Origin: an uncultured Gemmatimonadales bacterium
GTDB lineage: Bacteria > Gemmatimonadota > Gemmatimonadetes > Gemmatimonadales > GWC2-71-9
Direction: 5' to 3'
DNA: 64,000 nucleotides
Assembly: GCA_963842945.1 (NCBI GenBank)
Contig: CAWJIM010000023.1
Location: forward strand, 128,001-192,000
Shown here: one piece after another, positions 10,413 through 21,006 of the stretch
Layout: every line of letters starts with the position of its first letter
How positions within the stretch are numbered: position 1 is the first letter of the stretch
Translations under genes and position numbers: made by a program
Notes under the pieces: generated by a model
Told to the model about the DNA's origin: nothing
Seen by the model: only the letters and a program-made list of their open reading frames with translations
The model's database searches: none

Positions 10413-11527
10413 ATGCAACGTACTCTGCCTGCCCTGCCCCTACTGCTCTCCCGGGGCGCCTTAACGATCTTCTTCCTCGGCTTCTTCACCCGGGCGGCCG
10501 CCGGCCAGGGGTGAATGCCGTTCCGAACGGCATCCAGTGTGGGTGTCCAGGGGAACTCTGTCTTACACGCGCATCACTGGGAGTTCGGCGCTTCCTATCG
10601 GTACCTCCGTGCCCACGGCCAGGACTTTTTCGTCGGCACTCAACGGACCCCGCCACCACCCGCAACTCAGCCACCCGGTGGTCAGCCCATCGAGGTCGAT
10701 GTGCACACCATTGGCCTCAGCCTGACGTATGCGCTGACAGATCAAGTGCGTTTCATCGTGGCCGCGCCGATACAGATCGGTCAAGTGTCGTTCATCCAAG
10801 AGGATCATCTCAGACACGCTGAGAACACGACCGGATTGGGCGATGTCACCCTGGCAGGGAATGCGTGGCTCTTCAACCCGCGCGAACATGCCACCGGGAA
10901 TCTGATGCTCGGTTTGGGAGTAAAGCTTCCGACCGGTAGCTATAGTGATAGCGTGACGTTCTATACTCCGACCGGAACGGTCCCGCGCCCAGCCGACCCA
11001 TCCATACAAACGGGAGACGGTGGAGTGGGTATCCTAACGCAGCTGGAGGCATTCCATCAGCTGGCCGGCGGAGCCCTGGTGTATCTCTCTGGCTTTTATC
11101 TTTTCAATCCCAGAGTGCAGACCGAGATTACCATCGGGAACCGTCTAGGGTTGCCGGGTAACTCGGCTGCTGGCACGGTGCCCTACCATTTGTCGGTGCC
11201 TGACGCCTTACAGTCTGCGTAGCGGTGTGAGCTTTGCCGTACTACCCAGTCAAGGTCTTTCCCTGAGTGTTGGTGGGCGTATCGATGGCGTGCCGGTGCA
11301 GGACCTTGTCAACGGCGGCGATGATGACTTCCGCCGGCCAGGCTATGGGGCGTTCCTCGACCTTGGGGCCGATCTGAGCCGAGGATCCAATACCTTTACC
11401 CTGAATGTTCCCATCCGAGCATACGCAGATCGGAGAGCCAATCTCTACGACCGACAGGTTGAATATCGCCGGAGGCGGTAACCTGGCCAAGTTCCAAATT
11501 TTCGCGAGCTACACCCATCGATTCTAA
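10413..11527 (+). CDS. Outer-membrane beta-barrel transporter-like protein with in-frame TGA at codon 34 (candidate selenocysteine); two downstream frameshifts
   Basis: GAGGAGG RBS, signal peptide ending AAG-QG, TGA at 10512-10514 then same-frame MPFR...; TGLGDVTL, LGLGVKLPTG, DPSIQTGDGG motifs; corrected C-terminus FASYTHRF ends in Phe. Confidence 0.8.
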
Positions 11528-11977
11528 GAGACACCGTCGCGGCGACACTGCGATGATCTCGGTCATGCCTCTGAGGCACCCGTAGATTTGCCGCATGCCG
11601 GACAGCGGTTGCACCGCCGGCGATCACGCGGACGATCGCCTCAAACAGGGCGTCGCCTTACCTCGGCGTGAGATACGTCGCGCCGGGACGCTGGTTCGGT
11701 CGGCTCCGGTTCGATTTCCCGGTAATCCCACCAGACGCACCACCGACACAAGAACGAGGGCAATCCGCGCAACGGGGCGCTGGTGGATCGACCAGTGCAC
11801 CGACCTCACGAATCCATAGAAGATCAGCTTCTGCGATCACAGCTCTGATCGTTCGGTCACGCTTCCACTCCTAAACCTGCGAGTCAGGAAAGGACTGACA
11901 AGGTGGTTCCTGAGCCGCTGGCGAACGCCCGACCGGGTGGATAATGTAGGACCCTCCCCCCACCCAAGGCCGGTCCC

Positions 11978-14345
11978 ATGGCCGACCCGCTTGCTCTCCT
12001 GAAACTTCCCCTTGCCGATCGCTACCTGATCGAGCGGGAGATCGGCCGCGGCGGCATGGCGACCGTCTACCTCGCCCAGGACCTCAAGCACCACCGCCAC
12101 GTCGCCCTCAAGGTCCTGCGGCCCGAAGTCGCCGGCGCGCTCGGCGGCGAGCGGTTTCTGCGCGAGATCGAGCTCGCCGCCCGCCTGCAGCATCCCCATA
12201 TCCTCGCCTGCTCGATTCCGGCACCGCGGGCGATGTGCTGTACTACGTGATGCCCTACGTCGAGGGCGAATCCCTCCGCGATCGGCTGGACCGGGAGAAG
12301 CAGCTCCCGGTCGACGCCGCGATCCGGATTGCCCGGGAAGTAGCAGGGGCGCTGGACTACGCCCACCGCCACGGCGTCGTCCATCGCGACATCAAGCCCG
12401 AGAACATCCTGCTCTCCGGAGGCAGGCGCTGGTGGCGGACTTCGGCATCGCCAAGGCGCTCGACGCGGCCGGCGGGCGAGAAGCTGACCGAGACCGGCCT
12501 CGCGCTCGGCACGCCGCACTACATGAGCCCGGAGCAGGCCTCGGCGACCCGCTCCCTGGATGGCCGCAGCGACATCTATGCGCTGGGCTGCGTGCTGTAC
12601 GAGATGCTGGCGGGCGAGCCCCCGTTCACGGGGCCCAGCGCGCAATCGGTCCTGGCCCGCCATGCGGTCGACCCGGTGCCGAGCCTCCACACGGTGCGGG
12701 GGACGGTGCCGGCCGGGATCGAATGGGCCATCGGCAAGGCGATGGCCAAGGTGCCCGCCGATCGCTTTGCATCTGCGGCGGAGTTCGCCGACGCGCTGGC
12801 GCATCCCGAACGCGCGCCAGCCCGGAGAACCAGGGATCGCCGACTCCTGTACCTCGGGGTGGCCGTGGCCGCGCTGGCCCTGGTGTTCGCGCTCGCTGGA
12901 CGCCGCATCTTCGACGGAGCAAAGGGCGCTGTGCCCCACGTACGATCTCTCGCGGTCCTGCCGCTGGAAACCGTCTCCGGCGACTCAGCGTTGGGCGACG
13001 CCATGACGGAAGCCCTGACCACTGATCTTGGCCGGATCAGCGCGCTCCGGGTTACGGCCAGGCGGGCGACGCTGCTGTACAAGGCCAGCACGTTGCCCGC
13101 CCCGCAGATCGCGCGGGACCTGGGGGTAGATGGGGTGCTCGAGGGTGGCCTGCAGCGCTCGGGGGACAATCTGCGGCTAGACCTTCGCCTCGTGAGCGCC
13201 GCTTCGGGGCGGCGGCTCTGGGCTCAACGATTTAACGAGCGATTCAGCAATCGCTCCTCCATTGGCGATGCCGTCTCACAGAGTCTAGTGTCGGCCCTCA
13301 AGCTGGCGGTGACGTCTTCGGAGGAGCGCCAGTTGCACGCCCCGCCGACGACCAATGCCGAGGCCTACGACAGCTTCCTGCGGGGCAAGATCCACCTCTT
13401 GCCCATGAACCGGAGGGACGATTCGATCGCGACTGTTGCCTTGGAGCACGCGGTGGCGCTGGACCCCAACTTCGCCGCGGCCTACGCGGAGCTGGCGTAC
13501 GCGTACGGTCTCTGGGTCTTCCTGTTTGAGCCTCTCGACAGCGCGACCCAGGAGAAGGGCCTGGTGACGGTGGAGAAAGCGCTACGTCTGGACCCCGATC
13601 TTGCAGAGGCCCACTTCGCGCGCGCCTTCCTGCTGTGCACGCCTGCCAACAATTTCGCGTATGAACTGGGGGTCCGGGAGTTCCGTCGCGCGATCGCGCT
13701 GAACCCGAACCAGGCGGAGGCACACCGCTGGCTCGGGATAGAGTACTTTCATATCGGCATGTTCGAGAAAGCCATCGAGCAGTTCCGGGAGACCGAGACG
13801 ATCGATCCCGGCAACCGTCATGCACAGCTTTGGCTCGGTGTCGTGCTGACCTACCAGGGACGCTATGAGGAGGGATTGCGGACTATCCGCGAGGTGCCGC
13901 GTGAGTGGAATCCTGCGATATGGACCTATCATGTCGCATGGGACCTTCTGTACCTTGGCCGAAGCGAGGAAGCCTCGACCGTCATTGAGGACTACCTGAA
14001 GACCGCACCCCGGGACCCAGGTGGACTGGTCACCGGGGTCCGCGCGATCCTCCATGCGAAGAAGGGCGATGCGCGGAGAACAGAGGAGGATATCCGGAAG
14101 GCAGTAGCGCTGGGGCAGGGATACGGGCACTTTCACCACACCGCCTACAACATCGCATCGGCCTATGCACTCTACACCGGCCAGCGCTCGCGGTGCAGTG
14201 GCTGCGCCGGGCGTCCGACAATGGGGTCCCGTGCTATCCTCTCTTCGAAAACGACCCAAATCTGGCCAATCTGCATCAGGACCCGGGGTATCTCGCGCTC
14301 ATGGCGGAGCTGAAGGCCCAGTGGGAGCGGTGGAAAGATTTGTGA
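11978..14345 (+). CDS. Hanks-type Ser/Thr kinase - TM - TolB_N-like - TPR protein (K1), frameshifted
   Basis: [58 protein letters not shown] repeats. Confidence 0.9.
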
Positions 14346-14593
14346 GCGACGTAGCCGAGCCTTTGACCCTGCTGCAAGCGGTCCGCTCGATCTGATATAT
14401 CGATCAGCCGAGCTGAACTGAGGCGCGTCAGAAGATCCGGCATCAGGGGGGCAATCCCACCCGGCGCACCAACACCGCGAACCGTGGATCGCCGCACAGT
14501 GGCTTCCAGCGGAGATCGGCGACCGCTACGCGATCCAGCGGGAGCTCGGTCACGGGGGCATGGCAACCGTCTATCTCCCCCGGACCTCAAGCA
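14342..14593 (+). pseudogene. Kinase 5' remnant interrupted by an inverted kinase-junction fragment
   Basis: [14 protein letters not shown] ... [20 protein letters not shown] split by 14383-14517, which matches 16998-17131. Confidence 0.75.
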
Positions 14594-14699
14594 ATCCCTT
14601 CGAGGTGACCCTCCCGATTCCGGTGTTTCCGCTGCTGGGCGCGACGACGACCCCGGCGGGAGCACCTCACTAACGAGATGCCCCTTCCAAGCCGGGCTC

Positions 14700-17057
14700 C
14701 TATGAGACGGCTGGCAGTCCGATCCGATGTAGGAGCGAGCGGAAGCGGAGATCGGAGCGGAACTCGTCGAAGTGCGGGTCCACCGCGAGATAGACCAGGT
14801 ACGGCACCCGTTCCTGGTAGGCCTTCTCCAGGTATTCGAAGAGTCTTGGCCGGTCTCCGAGGCCGGCGTAGATAGTGGCGATGTCGAACGGCGAGACGTA
14901 GCTGGAATCCTGCCGCGTCTGCAACTCCCTCAACACCCGCAACGCCTTCGTCCGCTGGCCCGCGACAGCATAGGCATGACCCAGCGCCCCCTCGTACAGC
15001 GAACTCGGCGACAGCGCAACGGTCTTCTCGAGCTCCCGAATCGCATCCGCCGGCCGGGAAGTTTGCTCGTAGGACAAGCCCAGCCAGTAGTGGGCGCGGT
15101 GGAACGTCGAGTCGAGCTCGAGCGTCTTCCGGGACTGCGCGATCGCCTCGCCGTATCGGCGGGCGTTGTAGTAGGGTCGCGCGATGGCGGCGTTATTGAT
15201 GGGCGAGAGCGGATTGAGCTCCTGGGCCCGCTTCAGCTCGGCGATGGCGTCATCGGTCCGATTCATGGCGGTCAGGAACAACCCATAACTACTTCTACTG
15301 CGCTCCGATTTTGAATTGAGCTCGAGCGCGCGGCGAAACTCCCGCTCGGCCGCGACGAAGTCCCACCCATAGAAGAACTGAGTCCCGCCGAGTGCGACGT
15401 GGGCCTCTGCAAGCATAGAGTCCAACTCCATGGCACGCAGGGTGGCAGCCCGAGCCTGCGGAAAGACAGCCGCGGGTGACTCTATGCTGTAGTAGCCGAG
15501 AAGGTTGTAGCAGGCCGCGAGCCCGGCCCAGGCGGCAGCGTAAGCAGGGTCCGCATCGATCGCCTGCTGGAAATACCCGATGGCCTTATGCAGGTCCGGT
15601 TTGGTGACCTTCAACTGGAAGTACAAGCCGCGGACGTACGCCTCGTAAGCAGCTGGGTCAACCTCAGGGCGCTCCGACGTCAGCCTGGCGCGCTCCTGCG
15701 GGGTCATCGAGGCGCCGATCCGGCCTACAACCGACCTTGCGACCTCGGCCTGTAGATCGAGGATGCCACTGAGTTCGCCGTCGTAGCCATGCGCCCAAAG
15801 GGCCTGGTTTGTGCTGGCCGAGTTGAGCTGGACCGTGAGGTGCAGCGACTTGCCGGCGCGCTGCAATGAGCCCGCCAGGACCGCGTCCAGACCCAATTGC
15901 TTGACCAGCTGCTCCGTAACTTCCTTGGCCGCCTTCAGGTCGATGACTCGCAGCGCACTGATCTGGGCCAGGCTGGTGACCAGCTGGTCGGTGAACCCCT
16001 GGGCTAGATATACCTGGGCCGTGTCTCCAGTGAGGTTCTTGAAGGGCACCACAGCCAGCGATTTGATGCTCCCTGTACCAGTCGCGTGCGATGTCCCATT
16101 GCCCGAGCTGCGGAGGAGCGCGAGAAGCAGTAGCCCGATGACGCCCGCGACGATGGTGCCCACGAGCGGTCCCCGCACGCGGCGGCCGGCCCTCTCCGCG
16201 GCATGGCCGCTCTTGAGCGCCGCGGCGAACTCCTCGGCACTTGCGAAACGATCAGCCGGAACTTTGGCCAGCGCCCGCCGGATTACCCCCTCGAGCCCCC
16301 TCGACACCGTTGAGCGCACGCTGCGCAGGCTCGGTACTGGATCGACTGCGTGACGAGCCCGAATCGACTGGGCAGTGGAGCCGGTGAACGGTGGCTGGCC
16401 AGCAAGCATCTCGTATAGCACACAGCCCAGGGCATAGATATCCGCGCGTGCGTCGATGCCTGCCTCACCGGCCCCCTGCTCCGGGCTCATGTACGCAGGA
16501 GTGCCCAGCGCGAGTCCTGTTTCGGTCAGCCGGACGCCGTCGACCGCGTCGACCACCCGGGCAATGCCGAAATCGGCGACGATGGCATGGCCGTCCGAAA
16601 GCAGGATGTTTTCCGGTTTGATGTCCCGATGGACGACGCCCTGCGCATGAGCGCAGCCCAGCGCCTGGGCCACTTCGCCCGCAATTCGCACCGCCTCATC
16701 CACCGGGAGCTGCTTCTCTCGCTCCAACCGATCACGTAGCGATTCGCCCGCGATGAATGGCATAGCGTACCACAGGCACCGGCCGCTGCCGTCCTCCGTC
16801 GACGACTCGGCTCCGCTGTCGAATACCGGCAGGATGAGCGGATGCTGCAGCCGGGCGGCAATCTCGATTTCCCGGAGGAACCGCTCGGGGCCGAGCACGT
16901 GAGCCAGCTCCGCCCGGAGGACCTTGATGGCAACGCGACGGCCATGTTTGAGATCGCGGGCGAGATAGACAGTCGCCATCCCGCCATGGCCCACTTCCCG
17001 CTCGATGTGATAGCGCCCGGCGAGAGCTGAACTGAGGCGCGTCAGAGGATCCTGCAT
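14700..17057 (-). CDS. Ser/Thr kinase - TM - TolB_N-like - TPR protein (K2)
   Basis: Intact 785-aa [42 protein letters not shown], TPRs. Confidence 0.95.
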   Translation of the reverse strand: MQDPLTRLSSALAGRYHIEREVGHGGMATVYLARDLKHGRRVAIKVLRAELAHVLGPERFLREIEIAARLQHPLILPVFDSGAESSTEDGSGRCLWYAMPFIAGESLRDRLEREKQLPVDEAVRIAGEVAQALGCAHAQGVVHRDIKPENILLSDGHAIVADFGIARVVDAVDGVRLTETGLALGTPAYMSPEQGAGEAGIDARADIYALGCVLYEMLAGQPPFTGSTAQSIRARHAVDPVPSLRSVRSTVSRGLEGVIRRALAKVPADRFASAEEFAAALKSGHAAERAGRRVRGPLVGTIVAGVIGLLLLALLRSSGNGTSHATGTGSIKSLAVVPFKNLTGDTAQVYLAQGFTDQLVTSLAQISALRVIDLKAAKEVTEQLVKQLGLDAVLAGSLQRAGKSLHLTVQLNSASTNQALWAHGYDGELSGILDLQAEVARSVVGRIGASMTPQERARLTSERPEVDPAAYEAYVRGLYFQLKVTKPDLHKAIGYFQQAIDADPAYAAAWAGLAACYNLLGYYSIESPAAVFPQARAATLRAMELDSMLAEAHVALGGTQFFYGWDFVAAEREFRRALELNSKSERSRSSYGLFLTAMNRTDDAIAELKRAQELNPLSPINNAAIARPYYNARRYGEAIAQSRKTLELDSTFHRAHYWLGLSYEQTSRPADAIRELEKTVALSPSSLYEGALGHAYAVAGQRTKALRVLRELQTRQDSSYVSPFDIATIYAGLGDRPRLFEYLEKAYQERVPYLVYLAVDPHFDEFRSDLRFRSLLHRIGLPAVS

Positions 17058-19437
17058 CAGGGGGGCAATCCCACCCGGCGCACCAGCGTCGCGAACCGTG
17101 GATCGCCGCGGAGTGGCTTCCAGCGGAGATCCCGGTTGAGCCAGACCAGCCAGTGGGTTCGCTCCTGAACCGCGCGATCCAACCAGGCAAAAGCGCTGTC
17201 CCGTTGCCCCAGCGCAGTGTGGATCAGGGCGATGGCGTACGAGGTGACGTACTGGGTCTTTGACAGCGAATCGAGCCGACGCAGCTCACCCAGCGCCTGC
17301 TCTTGCCTCCCTGCGAGAGCGTAGATGTTTCCCAGCCCCGCAATAGTTGGTACCCAGGCTCGCAGTGGACCCGATGCTCGGTACTGAGCGACCGCCCCTT
17401 CCAGCTTTCCGTTAGCCTGCAGCACCCTTCCGAGGTAGAGGTGTGCCAACGCAAACGCCGAGTCCATTCGTAGAGCCGTGCGGAGGGTTCGCTCGGCGTC
17501 GTCCTGCCGCCCACTGTAGTGCATGACCCAACCGCTCGTCGACGCCACGCCAACGGAGAGTGGATCCAGGGCCTGGGCACTGCGCTCCTGGGCAACCGCT
17601 TCGTCGTACCGGCCCATCGCCGCGAGATAGAGTCCGTACCACTCGTGCGCGGTGGCATAGCTCGGGTTGCGCGCGATAGCGAGCTGAAACTCCCGGTCGG
17701 CTGCGCGCCAGTCCCACGCGTAGTACATCTTGACGAAGCCAAGCGTCGCGTGGGGCTCAGCCAGCATAGAGTCCAGGTCCAAAGCCTTACGCGCCGCCGC
17801 CTCGGCTTTGGGAAAAGCATCATCCGGCGCGAGATAGCTGCCGTAACCGAGCTGCACGTAGGCATCCGCCGTGGCGGAGTAGGCGGGAGCGAATGTCGGG
17901 TCCGCGTCCAGGGCTTCGCCAAAGAGCTGGATCGCTCGGAGCAGGTTGGCCTGACCTCGCTTGTTCCACCAGTAGCGACCGCGGATGTAAGCATCAACCG
18001 CTTCGGGATTGCGGGCCGCCGTCCCGGGTGCAGCAGCAGGTGGCCCGCTGAGCAGCTGTCCGCTCACTTCGCCAGCAATGTCGCGCGCGAATTTTAGCAG
18101 ATCGGTGCCGCTTCCCTGGTAGCTTTGCTGCCAGATCTCACCACCCGCGTGAGTCGGGCTCATCCGCGCGCTGAGGTGCACACTGTCCCCAAGACGCTGC
18201 ATGGTGCCGGTGACTACGGCGTCGACCCCGAGCTCCTGCGCGATTGTCTTGGCAGATTTGCCACTCTTTCCATATAGCTGCATGGTTCGGCGATTGATGA
18301 CCCGCAATCCCCTCACCTGCGCCAGGTCGGTGGTGAGCTCGTCAGTGAGCCCCTCGGATATGTAGGCCTACTCGTATCGCTCGCGCGGTCCACGATCGGG
18401 AGCACCGCTATTGAAGCGGATTCAGCGGCAGTACCGAGGTGCAGACTCCGGGAAGCGAGCCGGTAGCCGACGGCCGCGAGGAGGCCGCCGAACGGAATCA
18501 GCAACCAACGGGCTCGGAGGCCTTTGATCCGACGGAATGGATTCCGAGCAGGACGGAGCGCCAGAGCAGGTGCCGTGGAGTACTCATTGTCAGATAGGCG
18601 CAATGCTTCGAGTAACTTGCCCGTGGTGGAAAAGCGATCGTTGGGCTCCTTAGCCAAAGCTTTGAGCAGTGCCGCGTCGACATGTTCGGGTACATCGGGC
18701 CGCTCCTCCCGAATCGAGGCCGGCACATCCAGGTGATGGCGGGCGAACACAGCGCGGGCTGTGGCGGCGGGAAAGGGCGGGTGGCCCAGCAACATCTCAT
18801 ACAACACACACCCCAGTCCGTATACATCGCTTCGCCCGTCGACAGCAGCGCCCAAAATTTGTTCGGGACTCATGTACGCAGGAGTGCCCATACCCCAGCC
18901 GGTCTCGGTCAAGCGGGAATCCCCGGCGGCCTCGACGGCTTTGGCGATCCCGAAATCGGCAACCAAGGCATGGCCGCCCGAGAGGAGGATGTTTTCCGGC
19001 TTGATGTCTCGGTGAACCACCCCCCGCTCGTTGGCGTAGTGCAGGGCCTCGGCGACGTCCCCGCCCAGCCGGAGAGTGTCCTCGATCGACAGCGATCCCT
19101 CGCGGGTGAGCCGATCCCTTAACGACTCGCCGGCAACGTACGGCATGACGTAATAGAGGAATCCGTCCGCTTCTCCCGAGTCGTGGAGTGGAAGGATGTG
19201 GGGATGCTGCAGCCCTGCCTCGATCCGGATCTCGCGGAGAAATCGGTCGGTGCCAAGTCCGGCAGCGAGCTCGGGGTGAAGCACCTTGATAGCTACTTGG
19301 CGCTGATGCTTGAGATCCCGCGCCAGGTAGACCGTCGCCATCCCGCCACGCCCCAACGGCCGCTCGATCGGATAGCGATCGGCCAGTGCCTGCAGTAGGC
19401 GGTCCGGCGCGTCCGCGATCACTCCTTTGGTGTTCAC
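17057..19437 (-). CDS. Ser/Thr kinase - TM - TolB_N-like - TPR protein (K3), frameshift near 18320-18370
   Basis: Kinase motifs in 18313..19437, TPR half in 17057..18316; TGATG coupling to K2. Confidence 0.9.
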
Positions 19438-20216
19438 CGGGATGCCTCCGGCGGTGGCCAGCCGCTCAATGGCGATTCCCAGATCTTCACTACCCGGCTC
19501 CGAATAGACTCGAGGAGTGCCTTCGTTTCGGGCGCGGGGACCGCGTCGAAATCAGCCGCCAATCGCTGCCGGAAGGTCTCGTAGGCCTGGAGCGCTCCGG
19601 CTCGTTCGCCTTTGCGGTCGAGGATCCGCATGAATCGCCGCAGCCCGGATTCGTCGTTGGGCGAGAGCTCTACGGCACGACTGGCCCAGGGCGCGGCCGT
19701 CATCAGATCTCCGAGTTGTTCAGCTCCAGCGACGAGCGACCACGCTGCTGCAGCGGCAAGCCGCCGCAGGCGCTCCCGTTCATTCTCCAACCAGCGGTCG
19801 AACTCGGCTGATGTGTCCGGCAGGTGGACGCCAGCGAGCAGATCACCGCGGTACAACTGGAGCGCGCGTGCGGAGTCTGCGCACTGGCACGCCAACTCGA
19901 ACTCGGCGGCGTCACAAGATAAGGCGTCGCGATCTACACCGATCTCCTCTTCGCCGCGGCTGATCAGCACCCCGGGGCCGAGTTCTCCCCGGAGAAATCG
20001 GAGCGCTTGTCGCAAAGCCCCTCTCGCATGTTCTGCATCCAGCTCGGGCCAGAAGAGCGTGACCAGTGTGTCCCGGCGACGGAAGCGATGGGAGCTGGCG
20101 AGGGCGAGATAGACCAGGAGTCCGAAGCGCTTGGGCTGCACCAGGACGGAGTGCAGCTCACCACGCCCATCGGGATCGACGAGATCTGAGCCGCCAAGGG
20201 TTCGAAGCTGAATCAT
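19434..20216 (-). CDS. Stand-alone SARP/AfsR-like activator (wHTH + BTAD domain)
   Basis: IQLRTLGG..QPKRFGLLVYLAL..RRDTLVTLFWPE..ALRQAL..LQLYRGDLLAG..EFDRWLENER..PAPETKAL. Confidence 0.9.
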   Translation of the reverse strand: MIQLRTLGGSDLVDPDGRGELHSVLVQPKRFGLLVYLALASSHRFRRRDTLVTLFWPELDAEHARGALRQALRFLRGELGPGVLISRGEEEIGVDRDALSCDAAEFELACQCADSARALQLYRGDLLAGVHLPDTSAEFDRWLENERERLRRLAAAAAWSLVAGAEQLGDLMTAAPWASRAVELSPNDESGLRRFMRILDRKGERAGALQAYETFRQRLAADFDAVPAPETKALLESIRSRVVKIWESPLSGWPPPEASR

Positions 20217-20255
20217 GAATGCCCAATCGCCGGAAGAGTGAGGGATCGGGACGGA

Positions 20256-20297
20256 TCACGGCGGGATCACGGTCAGGTGAGCCCTGGCGCCTAGCAT
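20256..20297 (+). promoter_or_regulatory. Phased TCAC/GTGA repeats and TAGCAT -10-like box in the BTAD/lipoprotein divergent spacer
   Basis: GGATCACGG twice at 11-bp spacing, then GTGA at 20277 and TAGCAT at 20292-20297. Confidence 0.45.
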
Positions 20298-20369
20298 GGG
20301 AAGTACCTGGAGGTACGAATGTAACCCCCGGGCAGGCAATCGCCATTCCATTCTTTGCCAGGAGGGTTT

Positions 20370-20954
20370 ATGCGCTCTACAGCTGCAGTCCCCCTGCTCG
20401 CCAGCCTGGGTCTCATCCTCGGGGCCTGCGCGAGCGATGACACCGCGCCGTCGTCTACCGCTTCCTCTTTATCCAGCCCCGGGGTATCGGCTGCTGCGTG
20501 GGGACCTGAGACGCCCAACTTCAACCTCGAGGTGATTCTCCGAGGCAGCGGATTCGGTCTCATAAAGTTCCGACAGCCGAACGACGCTGCGGCGGTAGTC
20601 TTTCTCGATACCTGGGTGCGCGATCTCGCACCGAGCACCGAATACCTCCTGCAGCGCGCGGTGGATCCGGTCGTGGACGATGACTGCACCAACACGGCCT
20701 GGCTCACACTCGGCAGAGGGACGGAGCCGCAAAGCATCACCACGGATGAGACCGGGAAAGGGCGACAGGAGCTCTTCCGTAACCTTGCGGCGTTCCCGCC
20801 CGGTACCGAGTTCGACATTCATTTCCGGGCCATCAACGCGGTCACCCAGGCTGTCGTCCTCGAGAGCGAGTGCTATCAGTTTCGGATCAGTCTCTGGGCT
20901 CGGGGGGCGGCGCCGATCCCTTCGGTGCCGCCTGAGGACCTACTGGCTCCTTGA
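20370..20954 (+). CDS. Hypothetical lipoprotein
   Basis: AGGAGG RBS, lipobox LGAC, beta-rich body with two additional Cys. Confidence 0.75.
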   Translation: MRSTAAVPLLASLGLILGACASDDTAPSSTASSLSSPGVSAAAWGPETPNFNLEVILRGSGFGLIKFRQPNDAAAVVFLDTWVRDLAPSTEYLLQRAVDPVVDDDCTNTAWLTLGRGTEPQSITTDETGKGRQELFRNLAAFPPGTEFDIHFRAINAVTQAVVLESECYQFRISLWARGAAPIPSVPPEDLLAP

Positions 20955-21006
20955 GGGCGCTTAGACCGACAGGTAACTTGATCTACTCTCCCCGAAAGCT
21001 CGAGCC

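Noticed and set aside
11220..11222. TAG in the beta-barrel gene as pyrrolysine or readthrough
   Set aside because: Removing one extra T gives DAYSLRSGVSFAV, in frame with the next segment; it is an indel, unlike the TGA at 10512.
11530..11975. About 450-bp gap as an ncRNA or small gene
   Set aside because: No convincing ORF, stable fold or promoter/terminator pair seen by eye.
14383..14517. Duplicated segment as a diversity-generating retroelement TR/VR pair
   Set aside because: No reverse transcriptase in the window, differences are not confined to adenines, and the copy spans a gene junction.
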